Position numbers and translations under genes: made by a program
Shown: positions 51,581 to 64,000 of the stretch, piece after piece
Numbering within the stretch: the first letter of the stretch is position 1
Layout of the letters: the number at the start of each line of letters is the position of its first letter
Notes under the pieces: generated by a model
What the model was told of the DNA's origin: nothing
The model's database searches: none
Seen by the model: the letters and a program-made list of their open reading frames with translations, nothing else
From: Octopus vulgaris
Taxonomy: Eukaryota
Assembly: GCA_951406725.2 (NCBI GenBank)
Contig: OX597824.1
Span: 10,292,001-10,356,000, forward strand
Length of the DNA stretch: 64,000 nucleotides
Reading direction: 5' to 3'

Positions 51581-52403
51581 GCACCATTTCCTGCACAAAT
51601 CAACAACCTCATAAAGATTGTTTGAACAGTTCAACTCATTTCTATGGCTGAGTGAAGTGGAGCAACGTGAAATAAAGTGTTTTGCTCAAGAACACAATAC
51701 ACAGCCCAGTCTGGGAATTGAACTCACTACATCATGATTGTGAGCCCAACACTCTAACCACTGAGCCATGCACCTTCACAGGAAGATGGACCTGAAATAA
51801 TAAGTATAAAGGAAAATTTTAATCTATTACGGAAAATAGTATTCATTATGGAACATATTGTTTTGACTTGCACGATTTTAAATTAATGAAAATTTTATTC
51901 CATAATAAGGTTAGATAGCCAAATAAGACAATAAAAATAAAGTAAAAAAAAAAATATAAATAAAGTACAATAAAATGAATCAGTGACTAAAGAATCGCTT
52001 CCATATCTCAGTTTGTAGCCGATCAAGTGCCGTGGGTCAACTTGATCTGAGCTGACATGGAGTGGAGTGCTACACAACGATCACTTCTAGTAGTCACAAC
52101 GAAGATGCATTTCGTCATGTTTCTGTAAGAGTCTCTGTCCCCCACCCTGTTCGCTTGGGTAGGTCCTCAGCTTCATGTTATGTATCCCTGCAATCAATGT
52201 AATTGGGTGTTTTCATTTTCTGTCAGGAGAATGAAAATAGCCTCTAAAATATAACATTTGATGTGCCTTTATGTTTAGCTTCAGCACCGTAGCAGTGGGT
52301 AGCGAAGCCTACCCTAGACGAATGGCTTATTTATTTATTTATTTCTCAGTTTATTTATTTTATAGGTTATTTGATTCAGAAACAGTTACTAGTTTAGCCA
52401 TTA

Positions 52404-52682
52404 CTAGCAGCATCGCCCGGCGTTGCTCAGGTTTGTTTCGACCCTTTAGAATTGGAATTTTTGAAAAATGGTGATACAGTCAGAAAGTCGTAAAAAATTT
52501 AGGGATTTTCATAGAAAAAAAGCACCTTTTTGATATAAATAATTTTTGGTGTTAACATGGTCTTCTTCTAACATACTCTCAATTTTGGTCAACTTGCGCC
52601 GCAGGGTCTCGGAGGAGATGGTATTAGTTGAAAGCTACCAAACCTGCCACACACAACAACTTCAGCTTTTTATATAGAGAGA
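52404..52682 (-). mobile_element. Non-autonomous Helitron (internally deleted relative)
   Basis: Reverse complement of both termini of 29903-30355. Confidence 0.8.
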
Positions 52683-54442
52683 TGAAAACGTGTCTCTAAC
52701 GTAAATCTTGACAATATTTTATAAAATATACGAGTTGTCTCCCTTGCGGGGTTCAGAATATCGCACAGAAAGAAGCCAAGATACAGCTTCAACAGCGGAC
52801 AAGTAACTCATAACATACTGTCTGCAACAGGATACGATCTTATATAATGTGAACATAGCTCATCCTTTTACTCACTATTTCCTTCTACTACATATTGTGA
52901 TGTTTGTTGTTATTAAACCCCAAGTCAGCTCTGATCCGGCAGACCTGTGATAAAATATGTTCCAGTTATGGGCCCCCTTATTGTTTAGTCAGACAATACA
53001 TCCAACTCTGTCGACGTGTTTGTTGTTTGAAAACAATATGGTTTTATTGAAGAAGATTTGGTTGTTACTTCTAGCAGTTTGAACGACCATTCAGAGAATC
53101 TCTTGTTAGAATGTTTTCTAAACTCTGTTTGCGAAGACCTGTTGAGGCAAGTGAAATCGAAATGGAAATCAAATTCGATGACTGGCATCTGTGCTAGTGG
53201 AGCGCTAAGAGCACCATCCGAGCGTGATCGTTGCCGGAGCAACGAACTGGCCTCCATGCTGGTGGCACGTAAAAAGCACCATTCGAGCGTGATAGTTACC
53301 TGCATCGCCTTACTGGCACTTGTGCTGGTGGCATGTGAAAAAAACAATCGAGCGAGGTCGCTGCCAGTGCCACTGGACTGGCTCCTGTGCAGGTGGCATA
53401 TACAAAGCACCATTTGAGCGTGGCCGTTGCCAGTACTGCCTGACTGGCCCTCGTGCCGGTGGCACATAAAAGCACCCACTACACTCTCGGAGTGGTTGAC
53501 GTTAGGAATGGCATCCAGCTGTAGAAACTCGGCCAAATCAAGATTGGAGTCTGGTGCAGCCATCTTGTTCGCCAGACCTCAGTCAAATTGTCCAACCCAT
53601 GCCAGTATGGAAAGCGGACGTTAAACGATGATGATGATGATGATGATGATGGAAACTGATTTTAAAGACCCTCTTTGAACCACATTTGCTAACTTCTTTT
53701 TATAGTCTTGTCTTATAGCCAAAAATGATTTCTTTGTGATCAACATCTGATTTCTTGAACAAGAACTATCTATGAGTTGTCTTCCTACATATTTGTCTGG
53801 GAACGCGTTGACAATGAATGAGTTTCCATTGTGTAGAGAAAACAGCTTGAATGATGAGTTCGCACAGCATGATACTGAATTATAAACAATTAAGCTATGG
53901 TTGTGTGGTTAAGATGCTTTCTTCCCAACGATGTAATCCTGAGTTCAGTTCCGCTGCACAGTGTCTTAGGCAAGTGTCTTCAACTATAGCTTCAGGCCAG
54001 CCAAAAACTTTGTGAGTCGATTGGATAGACGGAACTTATAAAAATACTCCCATTCTTTTTTGATTCATTTGACTAAAAATTCCTTGAGGTGGTGCTCCAG
54101 CTTGGCCGCAGTCTAATGGCTGGTTTAAGTAAAAGATAGATGAAAATAGGTACTGATATGGTTGTGTGTTAAGAAGTTTGCTTCCCAACCATGTGGATTT
54201 AAGTTTAGTCCCACTGCATTGCACTTGGGCAAATGTCCTTTACAATAGCCTTGGGAGTGAATTTGGTAGACCTGCTTGGAAACAGGTGAGGATTTGAGAC
54301 AAGAAGACCACTTGTAGAACGTCTGCCTCAATAAACTCCATCTGATCCTTGCAGGCATGGAAAAGTGGATATTAAAACAGTAATGATGATATGGTGATAT
54401 CAAAACGTTGTTGTTATTTGATAAGTGCCAAAACACAAAATT

Positions 54443-54870
54443 CTTATTTCTGTATTGTCCACAAGGGGCTAAACATAGAGGGGCTAAACATAGAGGGGAC
54501 AAACAAGGACAGACAAACGGAGTAAGTCGATTATATCGACCCCAGTGCATAACTGGTACTTAATTTATCGACTTTGAAAGGATGAAAGGCAAAGTCGACC
54601 CTGGCGGAATTTGAACTCAGAACGTAACAGTAGATGAAATACCTATTTCTTTACTACCCACAAGGGGCTAAACAGAGGGACAAACAAGGCCAGACAAACA
54701 GATTGTCAATTACATCAACCCCAGTGCATAACTAGTACTTAATTTATCAACCCCGAAAGGATGAAGGGCAAAGTCGACCTCGGCGGAATTTGAACTCAGG
54801 ACGTAGCGGCAGACGAAATACCGCTAAGCATTTCACCTGGTGTGCTAACGTTTCTGCCAGCTCTCCACCT
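54443..54870 (-). mobile_element. SINE family C, body duplicated
   Basis: Reverse complement of the family; other minus copies at 24031-24275 and 40399-40622. Confidence 0.8.
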
Positions 54871-55061
54871 TTGCCAAAACACAAAATTCTTGGCACTTGA
54901 AATACTCTGTAATACTTCTCCAATTAATAATAAAAATACACACGTTCATGTTTTGAGTTTTAGTTTTCCTTGTTTTTGTCTGGCCAAACTTTTAATTGTT
55001 CTTTCAGTTATCTTGATGATTGCTTTCTGTCAGTTTACCATTTTGTTTGTTAATTCTTCAG

Positions 55062-55133
55062 GAATATGCCCAAAGCCGTTTTGACCAATATAGAAGAATG
55101 AAACAGCTACTGCCAACACTTTTGGAAGAATAA
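55062..55133 (+). CDS. CHKA: Choline kinase last coding exon (to TAA)
   Basis: ttcttcag acceptor; EYAQSRFDQYRRMKQLLPTLLEE*, matching the family C-terminal YA..RF..Y. Confidence 0.94.
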   Translation, partial: EYAQSRFDQYRRMKQLLPTLLEE

Positions 55134-55960
55134 ATATCAAGATCTCTTTCCATCGCCGGTCAAGCATCTGGAGAAATCTTGTAGGACATTACTGTCGGTC
55201 AACTAAAATGGCCTTAGAAGATGTAATGCAAAAGATTCTGTGTGATTCAGTTGAACATCATCTATTCCGGATTGATCTACAGTAAACTGGATTTTTAACT
55301 AAAACATATGGGAATTTTTTTTGGACACCTATTTAGAATATTTTAAAATGCTTTTAAATGTTTCAGGGCAAAATATTTTTTATTATTCCCTTTTAACTTA
55401 CTAAATATTGCTACAAAAAAAAAATGTATTAATCCATAGAATTTTTGTGCTTTTTTACTCATCCTTGGTTTCTAACATCCTTCTGAATAGCTGTTTTATT
55501 AAGTTATGTCCGATATTTTCATCATCCTGCTTTGTGTCTCTATGTTGACTTTTGTGCTTCAGTGCCCGACAGCTCCTTATACGCACACACTAATTATTCC
55601 CTTGATAAAGGAATTTACTTTTCTGTGGACCATCGTTACATACATCTGTTGAGTAACTTGACTTCTTTGTGTTGCTTTAAAATTGTTACTGGATATTTCC
55701 TTCAAGATTTAGCCTTAGGTTTAATTTCTTGAACATTATGCCATCGATCAGTGCTTGTCATTTCTGTTGAGCATAGCGTGTCGCGTTTGGTGGTCAGACA
55801 GTAAACCTCTTCACACTTTACATATAAAAGTTTTAGTGATTTCCTGACATTAAAATGAAGCAGGGCCATGTGAAGTTTATCCAGTTATACACACAATTTC
55901 AGAATTGTATATATATATCTATTTCTGCTCTTGTTCTCTTCTCTCCTCCTTATATACAAT

Positions 55961-55993
<33 letters not shown>

Positions 55994-56139
55994 TATGTGT
56001 GTGTACATACATACATATATATATACACATTTATTAAAAGTGAAATGAGACAAGCTCTCAGCCCCAGTTTTAAAAAAAAAGACCATATACTCTACAATAT
56101 GCATTGGGTACTCTTCTCATTTGTTTACTATTAAGCAGT

Positions 56140-56292
56140 GTGTATATGGATGTATATTCATATCGTTGCATGTGCATATATGTGTACATGTATGTGTGTG
56201 TGTGTATGTGTGTATGTATATGTGTGTGTGTATGTATGTATATATGTGTATGTATGTATGTATGTATGTATGTATGTATGTATGTATGTATG

Positions 56293-56331
<39 letters not shown>

Positions 56332-57020
56332 GTATATATATATATATATATGTATGTATGTACGCACACACAGCATTGTTGTTACAAATCGGAGAAATGA
56401 AATCAATACATAAAACAGAGTATATATATTATTTATTTATGCTGAGGCTACAGAAGCTTCGTGCAAAAGCACATTTCAAACAATTTATTTGGTACGTAAC
56501 TCTAAGCTTTTGTATAACTTCATAACTAATAAATAATATATATGTTCTGTGTCTGTAGGTAAGGCATATGTGTCTGTGCATACGTTTCTCTGTATATTCA
56601 CTTGTAGTGTTTTCTATGTGAATGCAATCCATGCCTAAGATACAGAAATGAATGTAAACAACAAATCAAGATGTTTTTGATGTCATTCATTTGTAAGAAG
56701 CACAACTGGAAATCTGGTGCATAACATTGCTACGTGTAATTCAATTAATTCAGTTATATGGTTTGGATTTCTCAACTCAAATGCTCTTGCTTAATTAAAG
56801 AAGTCACTCATATGTATATGTGTATACATGTATGTGTGTATGTATATGCGTGGATATATGTATGTGAGCATGTGTGTATTCATCTCTCTCTCTATATATA
56901 TATGATATTTACATCGTGTGTGTGTATATACACACATGTATGTGTATATATATATATATATATAATATTTACATCATGTGTGTCTATTTGTGTATGTACA
57001 CACACACACACACACATGTA

Positions 57021-57067
<47 letters not shown>

Positions 57068-57118
57068 TACATCATGTGTGTCTATTTGTATATGTACACA
57101 CACACACATGTATGTGTG

Positions 57119-57155
<37 letters not shown>

Positions 57156-57156
57156 G

Positions 57157-57203
<47 letters not shown>

Positions 57204-57540
57204 GTATGTATGTATGTATGCATGTATATATATTAGCTGCTTATATAGCCAATTATGTTTAATAAGATAATTGCTATACTGAACGCAGGTGTTGTTAATT
57301 ATGGTGGAGAAGAGGATCTCCCAAAATATGACAATGAATGATCTGCAGATAGAAATTTCTTGAATTGTGTATGTTTTTGCATATCTTCTGTATGTTGGTG
57401 TGTATGCGCATACACATACATGCATATATATCTATCTCTATATATATATATATATATATATAATATACTCTCAGACGCATACATATGTGTATATGATATA
57501 TATGTATACATTTATATATGTGTATATATATATATATATA
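56140..57540. repeat. Cluster of (TA)/(TG)/(CA)/(TATG) microsatellites
   Basis: Directly visible; includes three atatttacatc-tgtgtgt units at 56900-57120. Confidence 0.95.
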
Positions 57541-60500
57541 CTTGGAAGTAATCATGAAAAATGATAAGGAAGTTAAAAATCTAATTGTGTTTCTGTCTGT
57601 GTTGTATTCATTGGTCAATGTTGATATCATTTAAAACTTTAATTTTTCTTGCTTCAAGTTCCAGTCCTATCTTTTTTTTATATATATTCTGGTTTTGAAA
57701 ATCGGTCCCAAAAGCTCTGTCCTATTTTACTGAAATATTTCCATTCTATTTTTTAATCTCGTCATGTTATTGTAAACATTGGTTTTTCTTTTCTTTTTTT
57801 TTTTCGTTTTTTTTCCCCCATTTATATTGTCTTTGAATATTTTATTTTTCCCTAAAATTTCACAATACAATGTGTTTGTGTATGTTTTCTGACATTGTCA
57901 ACTTTTTTTTTTTTTTATTTCTCTTTATGTAATCATTTTTTAATTATATTTTTTTATTGAAGTTCCTTTTTATTCCTTGTACCATAACTCTACTGGGCGT
58001 TTTCAATAGCTTGTCAAAGTATGATTTTCACCAAACAACAAACCAGATTATAAACACACACAAAAAAAAAATAAACACACAAAAAAAAATAAACACACAC
58101 AAAAAAAAAATAAACACAAAAAAAAACTGATTATGTGGAGGATGATGATGAGGATGATGATGAAATATATCAACTGAGATAAATGAATGAAAAACTTTCC
58201 CATATGGATATTTTTTTAGTCTGTTTTGCTGTGAACTATGACATACAAAAATGTACATAATAATACAAATTAAGTCAGCAGTGTCCTGTAAATGTCACCT
58301 AGTTTAGTCAGAAAATAACACCAAAAAAACTCTAAAGGAAGCAAGAAAATCTTAGGGTGTTGAACGGCTGCGTATCTCTATACTTGTAAATACTTGTGTT
58401 TTCTGACCAAATAGGTTTTGTGCCTTTTGTAACTCAGAGTAAGAAAACAATCCCTGACTGCTTAATTTACAAATGTTTATTTTATACTTTTTCCTACTAC
58501 AGTTGTTAATACTGTATTTTACATACAAATATCTTAAAAAGAAAAAAGTCTTTCTACAAGCTTGAAGTGACATCATTAAAAACTGCTTTGATGGAAACTT
58601 TTCTCAATATTATATTTTGAAATGAAAGAAACTTCTCATCCTTAACATATCGATTTTTCCCATTTGTTGTTGATGTAGTTTTGTTTTCTGTGGAAGTTGT
58701 TTGGCAACTAATGCTGCAACAAGAAAATGATTGGTGTGTTGTGTGAAATGCGAAGATCAAAGCTAAGTGACTGAGAAAATGTTATCCGTCCTAAATTTAT
58801 ATGAAAAACCTGTCCTAATTATTTGCACCTGTCCTAATTATTTGTCATGTTTATTAAACTCATTAAGATTTTAATAATACTTTATTTAGCTGGCACTGTT
58901 ATGCAACTTTTTGGAAACCATTCCAGATCTTGGACCTTAATTTCCATAAATTCAGAATAAACTTGTCACTGTTATAGGTGATTATTATTTTCTTACCTAA
59001 ATTTGTGGCCTGGAATTGGAAATGTCTTCAAAATATTCACTGAGGAAGTATTCCAACTAACAACAACAACCACCACCACAACAACAATAATAAACAAGTT
59101 TCTTATTCTTTTTCTCTCTCTTTATTCCCCTTCCCCACTCCATTTCTTGATAGTCTTGAGTGTTAAGTCACTCCAATCATGTCATTCCTGGTGAGATTCC
59201 TGGTTTCTAAACTGACTTTTTCTTTAGCCACAGTCACAGCCTGCTGCTTTATATTAAGAAATCCCTGTGTTGCTTAGCTTCAGAACTTTAGTACACTAGC
59301 TGGCATCTTTATATAGTTTTGACCAAAGTGTATATAGAATCTCTTTGATGCTCAGTTTCAACCCTAATAATATTTTCTTTGTCTCAAGGCGGCAAGCTGG
59401 CAGAAACATTGGCGTGCCGGGCGAAATGCTTAGCGGTATTTCATCTGCTGTTACGTTCTGAGTTCAAATTCCGCCAAGGTCAACTTTGCCTTTCACCCTT
59501 TCAGGGTTGATAAATAAAGTACCAGTTACGCACCGGGGTCGATCTCATCGACTTAATCCCTTTGTCTGTCCTTGTTTGTCCCCTCTATGTTTAGCCCCTT
59601 GTGGGCAATAAAGAAATAAATATTTTCTTTGTCTCATTATAAAATCTCATTTTTCACATTAAGTATTTGGTTGTCGAAGAAATTAATAGAATAATTTGTA
59701 CTTGGCTGAAACCCAGAAATCTCTGAGGATATAATGCCCCCACCCCACACACACACACCAAGAAGAATAACAGGAAGTATTAGAATATTTAGCCCAAACT
59801 CCAGGAATATGACTTGAGAATACTTGACCTCACTGTATTAGATCTTGTCTTATATTATGTTCTTCAAATTAAGGAATAAGTGTTACCTAGAGAGTATAAC
59901 TCCAAGTTCGTTTACAGGAAGTGTTGACCTCAGCCTGAAATTGCATACTGCAAACAACTTTATGTATTTACACTATTTACACTCTTGAATTCCACTAACG
60001 GAATTTCACCTGCAGTATGAAATCACATTCTGATGTTTGTATGATAGGTTTTTTTTCTAACTAGAATGTGATTATCAGCATCAGGTATAGTATGGGTATG
60101 TTTTCAAAATATATTTAGTCACACTTTTTGCCAAACATTTCTGTATGATTCAAACATAATTGACACCTTTGGTAATGGTTCTTAAAGTTTTAGCATGACA
60201 GAGTCATGAGGGGAAAGAATTATTAAAACAATGGGTTTAGGTATAGTAAGAAGGAAGGTTTAGTGGCCAGAAATGTAGAAAAGAGGGAAAGTAAATGGTT
60301 CTAACAACGGTGCAACTACAGAAATCTTTGGAACCTCACTTCTCAATATGATGTTCCAAGCCGAACATTTTGGAATTAATTATGATATTTTCTAAACCCT
60401 TGGATGAGTATGCATTTCAGATATGTTTTGCAAAATTGCATTTCATTTTTTGTTTAATATTTATTCGTGGGTAGTGTTTAAAATCAAATGAACCACTTCT

Positions 60501-61919
60501 GCTGAAATTATTCCCATCAAATTTCTCTGTGGCTCTCAAAAAAACTCTTTCATCCTGTCAAAACAACATTTGATAAACACACAAGACAACTAGTACACAC
60601 TTCAAAGCTCCTTTCAAATATAACATTTTTCATAATGGCACATGTATCACATGCCACTTTTACTGGATTCTCCTTTAGGGAGTTTTTCTAGAATTTTTTC
60701 CACTATTGGAAATGCAGTATTGCTTCTTATTGATTGCCTTGTTAGTTTGGCACTAATAATGGATTTTGCCATTTTTCTTTGGCATGCCAACCAGAGGTAA
60801 AGATTCAAAAGGTAACTTGTTAGTTTTTTTTCCAATTAATATCTAACTGGAATAGCCTTTCAAATTCCACCTTAAACAAACGGCCTTTCACTGTTCTTCC
60901 TAAAGATTGGAAAATTGGTTGCACCTTTTTATTCATAATTTACTTTAATTTAGTGTTTCATAACTTTCCAACCCATTGGATATTATCCGGTGTTTATTGC
61001 AGACGTCTTGAGTCTACGTCTCAAGAGTAAACTAGCGCAATTGTTGTATTAATGCAATGTATTTGTTAAAAACAGCATAGATGGCTCTGTTTGTTTGGGA
61101 AAATCCAGATTTTTGCCACAAACTATTTTCTGTCACTCATTAAAGGAAACGTGATGCTTAAATTCCTTCTGAGATACACATTGGTGCATTTTTGAGCAGA
61201 ATATTCATTGACTAGGGACATCTGTAAACCTTGAGATGAGTGAGGGTTTTGTTTGGTCTAAATTTTTTTTTCTTTGTAATTTTGAAATTGTATTTGCATC
61301 GGTCGTATGTTCCATGTTCCATCAAGAAATAATGAAATTAAGAAGTTCTGTTTTGTCCTGAATTTAATTATTTCTTTTCACTATTTGCCATTATATATTT
61401 TATATATGTATATATATATATATATGATGCAAAACCAGTTAAATTCATAAAACTGCTTTTGTTTGTATCCTGTCGTCAAAAATTTTTACAATGTCCTTTT
61501 GTGTGAAATGTTTCTCTATTGCTCCTTGTTGTTGCTGTTGTTGTTGTTTTTTCTTTTTTGCTGTAATATTCCCTTCTCCCCCCTCTCCCTCCCTCTGTCA
61601 AGTGTGAATCTTGTTTCAATCAAACCAATTCCTTGCTATATCAATTCTCTCTCTCTCTGTCTGTTCCCATACTGTTTCCATATTTGGAGAAATGAACATC
61701 ATTGCAATATAATAGAGCAGCAACAGTTTCTTGCATCAATCCTTCTGAAACAAAAGATGAAAAAAGAGAAAGAAGGAAGAAAAGAATTTTTTTTTTTTTT
61801 TTTTTTTTCTTTTGGTGGAATAATTTTTCTAATGTTCAGTTCTCGACACTGATACCGGACACCGGACACAATTTGTGTAATGATATAAACTAGAAGTGTC
61901 ACCAAGATTATTTTTTGAA

Positions 61920-61925
61920 AATAAA
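61920..61925 (+). terminator. Candidate polyadenylation signal AATAAA
   Basis: AATAAA followed about 35 nt later by ttttgtgtttttgttctg; SINE density resumes after about 62020. Confidence 0.45.
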
Positions 61926-64000
61926 ATTTTGTTTTCCTTTACTAAAGGCCTCTCCAGTATTTTTGTGTTTTTGTTCTGAAATGCGCTGAATTTTGCTTAA
62001 CACCAAATGTTTCTAGTTTCAGTTACCATTGGTTTCAAATTTTGCCAGAAGACCAGTAAGACCAGGGAAGAGGGCAAGTTGATTATATTGACCTTGGTGC
62101 TCAGCTGGTGTTATTTTATCAACCCCAAAAAGATGAAAAGCGAAATCGACCGTGGCAGAATTTGAACTTAAAGAAGGTGGCGAGCTGGCAGAAACTTTAG
62201 CACGCCAGGCAAAATGCGTAGCTGTATTTCGTCTGCTGTTACGTTCTGAGTTCAAATTCTGCCGAGGTCGACTTTGCCTTTCACCCTTTCGGGGTCGATT
62301 AAATAAGTACCAGTTACGCTCTGGGGTCGATGTAATCGACTTAATCCCTTTGTCTGTCCTTGTTTGTCCTCTCTGTGTTTAGCCCCTTGTGGGTAGTAAA
62401 AAAATAGGTATCTCATCTGCCGCTGCGTTCTGAGTTCAAATTCCGCCGAGGTCGACTTTGCTTTTCATCCTTTCGGGGTCGATGAATTAAGTACCAGTTA
62501 TGCACTGGGGTCGATGTTATCAACTTAATCCGTTTGTCTGTCCTTGTTTAGCCCCTTGTGAGCAATAAAGAAATAAGAATTTGAACTTAAAACATAAAGA
62601 TGGATGAAATGCTGCTGTAATAATTCTGCCAGCTCTCCACCTTAGCTTTAATTAATATTGGTTTCAAATTTTGGCACAAGGCCAGCAATTTTTGGGGGAA
62701 GTGTAAATTGATTACATCAGAGAACAGTTATTTTTGCTTTTGATTTAAAAAGTAATAATAACGCACTTAAGGCATTTCAGTGAAGTTTCTTCTACTTTAA
62801 CAAATTTTCTTCTGAGAGGCATTGTAAAAGTATTTTTAAATACCTTAGTTTCACTCTTCAAAAGTCTAAGTTCAAATATTTTTCATACGTTTTGGGTTGA
62901 TGAATTAAGTACTAGCAATATGGTCTTAGGGTGTTGCACTCATGATTCAAAGATCATGGTTTCAGTTCCTGGACTGGGCAGTGTATTAATGTTCTTGAGC
63001 AAAACACTTCATTTTATGTTGCCCCAGTCCACTCAGCTGTAAATGAGTAACCCAGCAACAGATTGGCATTCCATTCAGTAATCTTGGTCAGTTATAAGCC
63101 ATGAAAATCAGGCAACTGGCCTTGTGAATCCTGGCAGTAAGGTCCTGGGGTTTATGATGATGAGAGATATATCAGAGTTAATTAAATGCTATGCCAGCTG
63201 CCCATTGAAAGAATTTGCTTTATAGCTGGTGTAAGGATATTTTCAAATATAATTTCAAAGTTTGTGGAGAGGAAACAACTGACTGCCCACTGTGACCTGA
63301 ATACCTGACCAGGACTAATTTTTTATCAACCTTGCACCCTAGAAGGATGATGGGGACATCAACTATGGTGAGATTTGAAATATCAGAACACAAAGGGAAT
63401 ATTTAGTCCTGTACTCTGTCATTAATTTACCATCTAAATAATGATTTCCAACAAAAGCATGAAACCACAGGATTTTGAAGTGAGGACAAGTTGTAATCCA
63501 ACCTAATTCTTGTCTTATTGATCTGAGATGAATTTAAGTTCAGGAAGTAGCCAATAACTCTCTTTTACTTATTTCAGTCATTTGACTGCAGTCATACAGG
63601 AGCACCACCTTTAGTTGAGCAAATTGACCCCAGGACTTATTCTTTGTAAGCCTAGAACTTATTCTATCAGTCACTTTTGCTGAACCGCTAAGTTACGGGC
63701 ACATAAACACACCACCATCTGTTGACAAGCAATGTTGGGAGGACAAACAGACACACAAGCATATACACACATATACATATATACGACGGGCTTCTTTCAG
63801 TTTCCGTCAACCAAATTCACTCACAAGGCTTTGGTCGGCCTGAGGCTATAGTTGAAGACACTTGCCCAAGGTGCCATGCAGTGGGACTGAACCCGGAACC
63901 ATGTGGTTGGTAAGCAAGCTACTTACCACACAGCCACCCCTTAGGATATTTTCTTCAATGCTCTACCAATTCTGTTTTTCAATGACCTACCTTCAGAATC

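Larger units (their letters stand above)
55134..61950 (+). other. Probable long 3' UTR of the choline kinase gene
   Basis: Only one clear SINE in about 6.8 kb versus dense SINEs elsewhere; U-rich; ends at AATAAA with a downstream GT-rich tract. Extent is inferred. Confidence 0.45.

Overview
AT-rich, repeat-saturated animal genomic DNA. The SINE, MITE and microsatellite landscape is typical of an Octopus genome (inference). One protein-coding gene is readable: a + strand choline/ethanolamine kinase (CHKA/CHKB co-ortholog) with 8 GT-AG coding exons from 32671 to the stop at 55133. The exons splice in phase into about 321 aa, with the GGLTN loop, the Brenner motif CHNDLQEGN and the choline kinase motif IDWEY...GFDLGNHF. 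I could not find the first coding exon, so 1-32670 is probably a >32 kb intron. A SINE-poor probable 3' UTR runs to about 61950. Nearly all ORFs in the supplied track are artefacts of repeats. The introns hold several tRNA-derived SINE families, RTE, CR1 and RLE-type LINE remnants, Tc1/mariner relics (DD37D maT, rosa-like, mariner), non-autonomous Helitrons, and TTAA-, hAT- and Merlin-like MITEs. The most unusual signal is a set of short, Penelope-like fold-back elements. Three carry minimal type I hammerhead ribozyme motifs whose core 3-8 pair covaries (C-G, U-A, G-C), all antisense to the host gene, and one is fused to a tRNA-like Pol III head.
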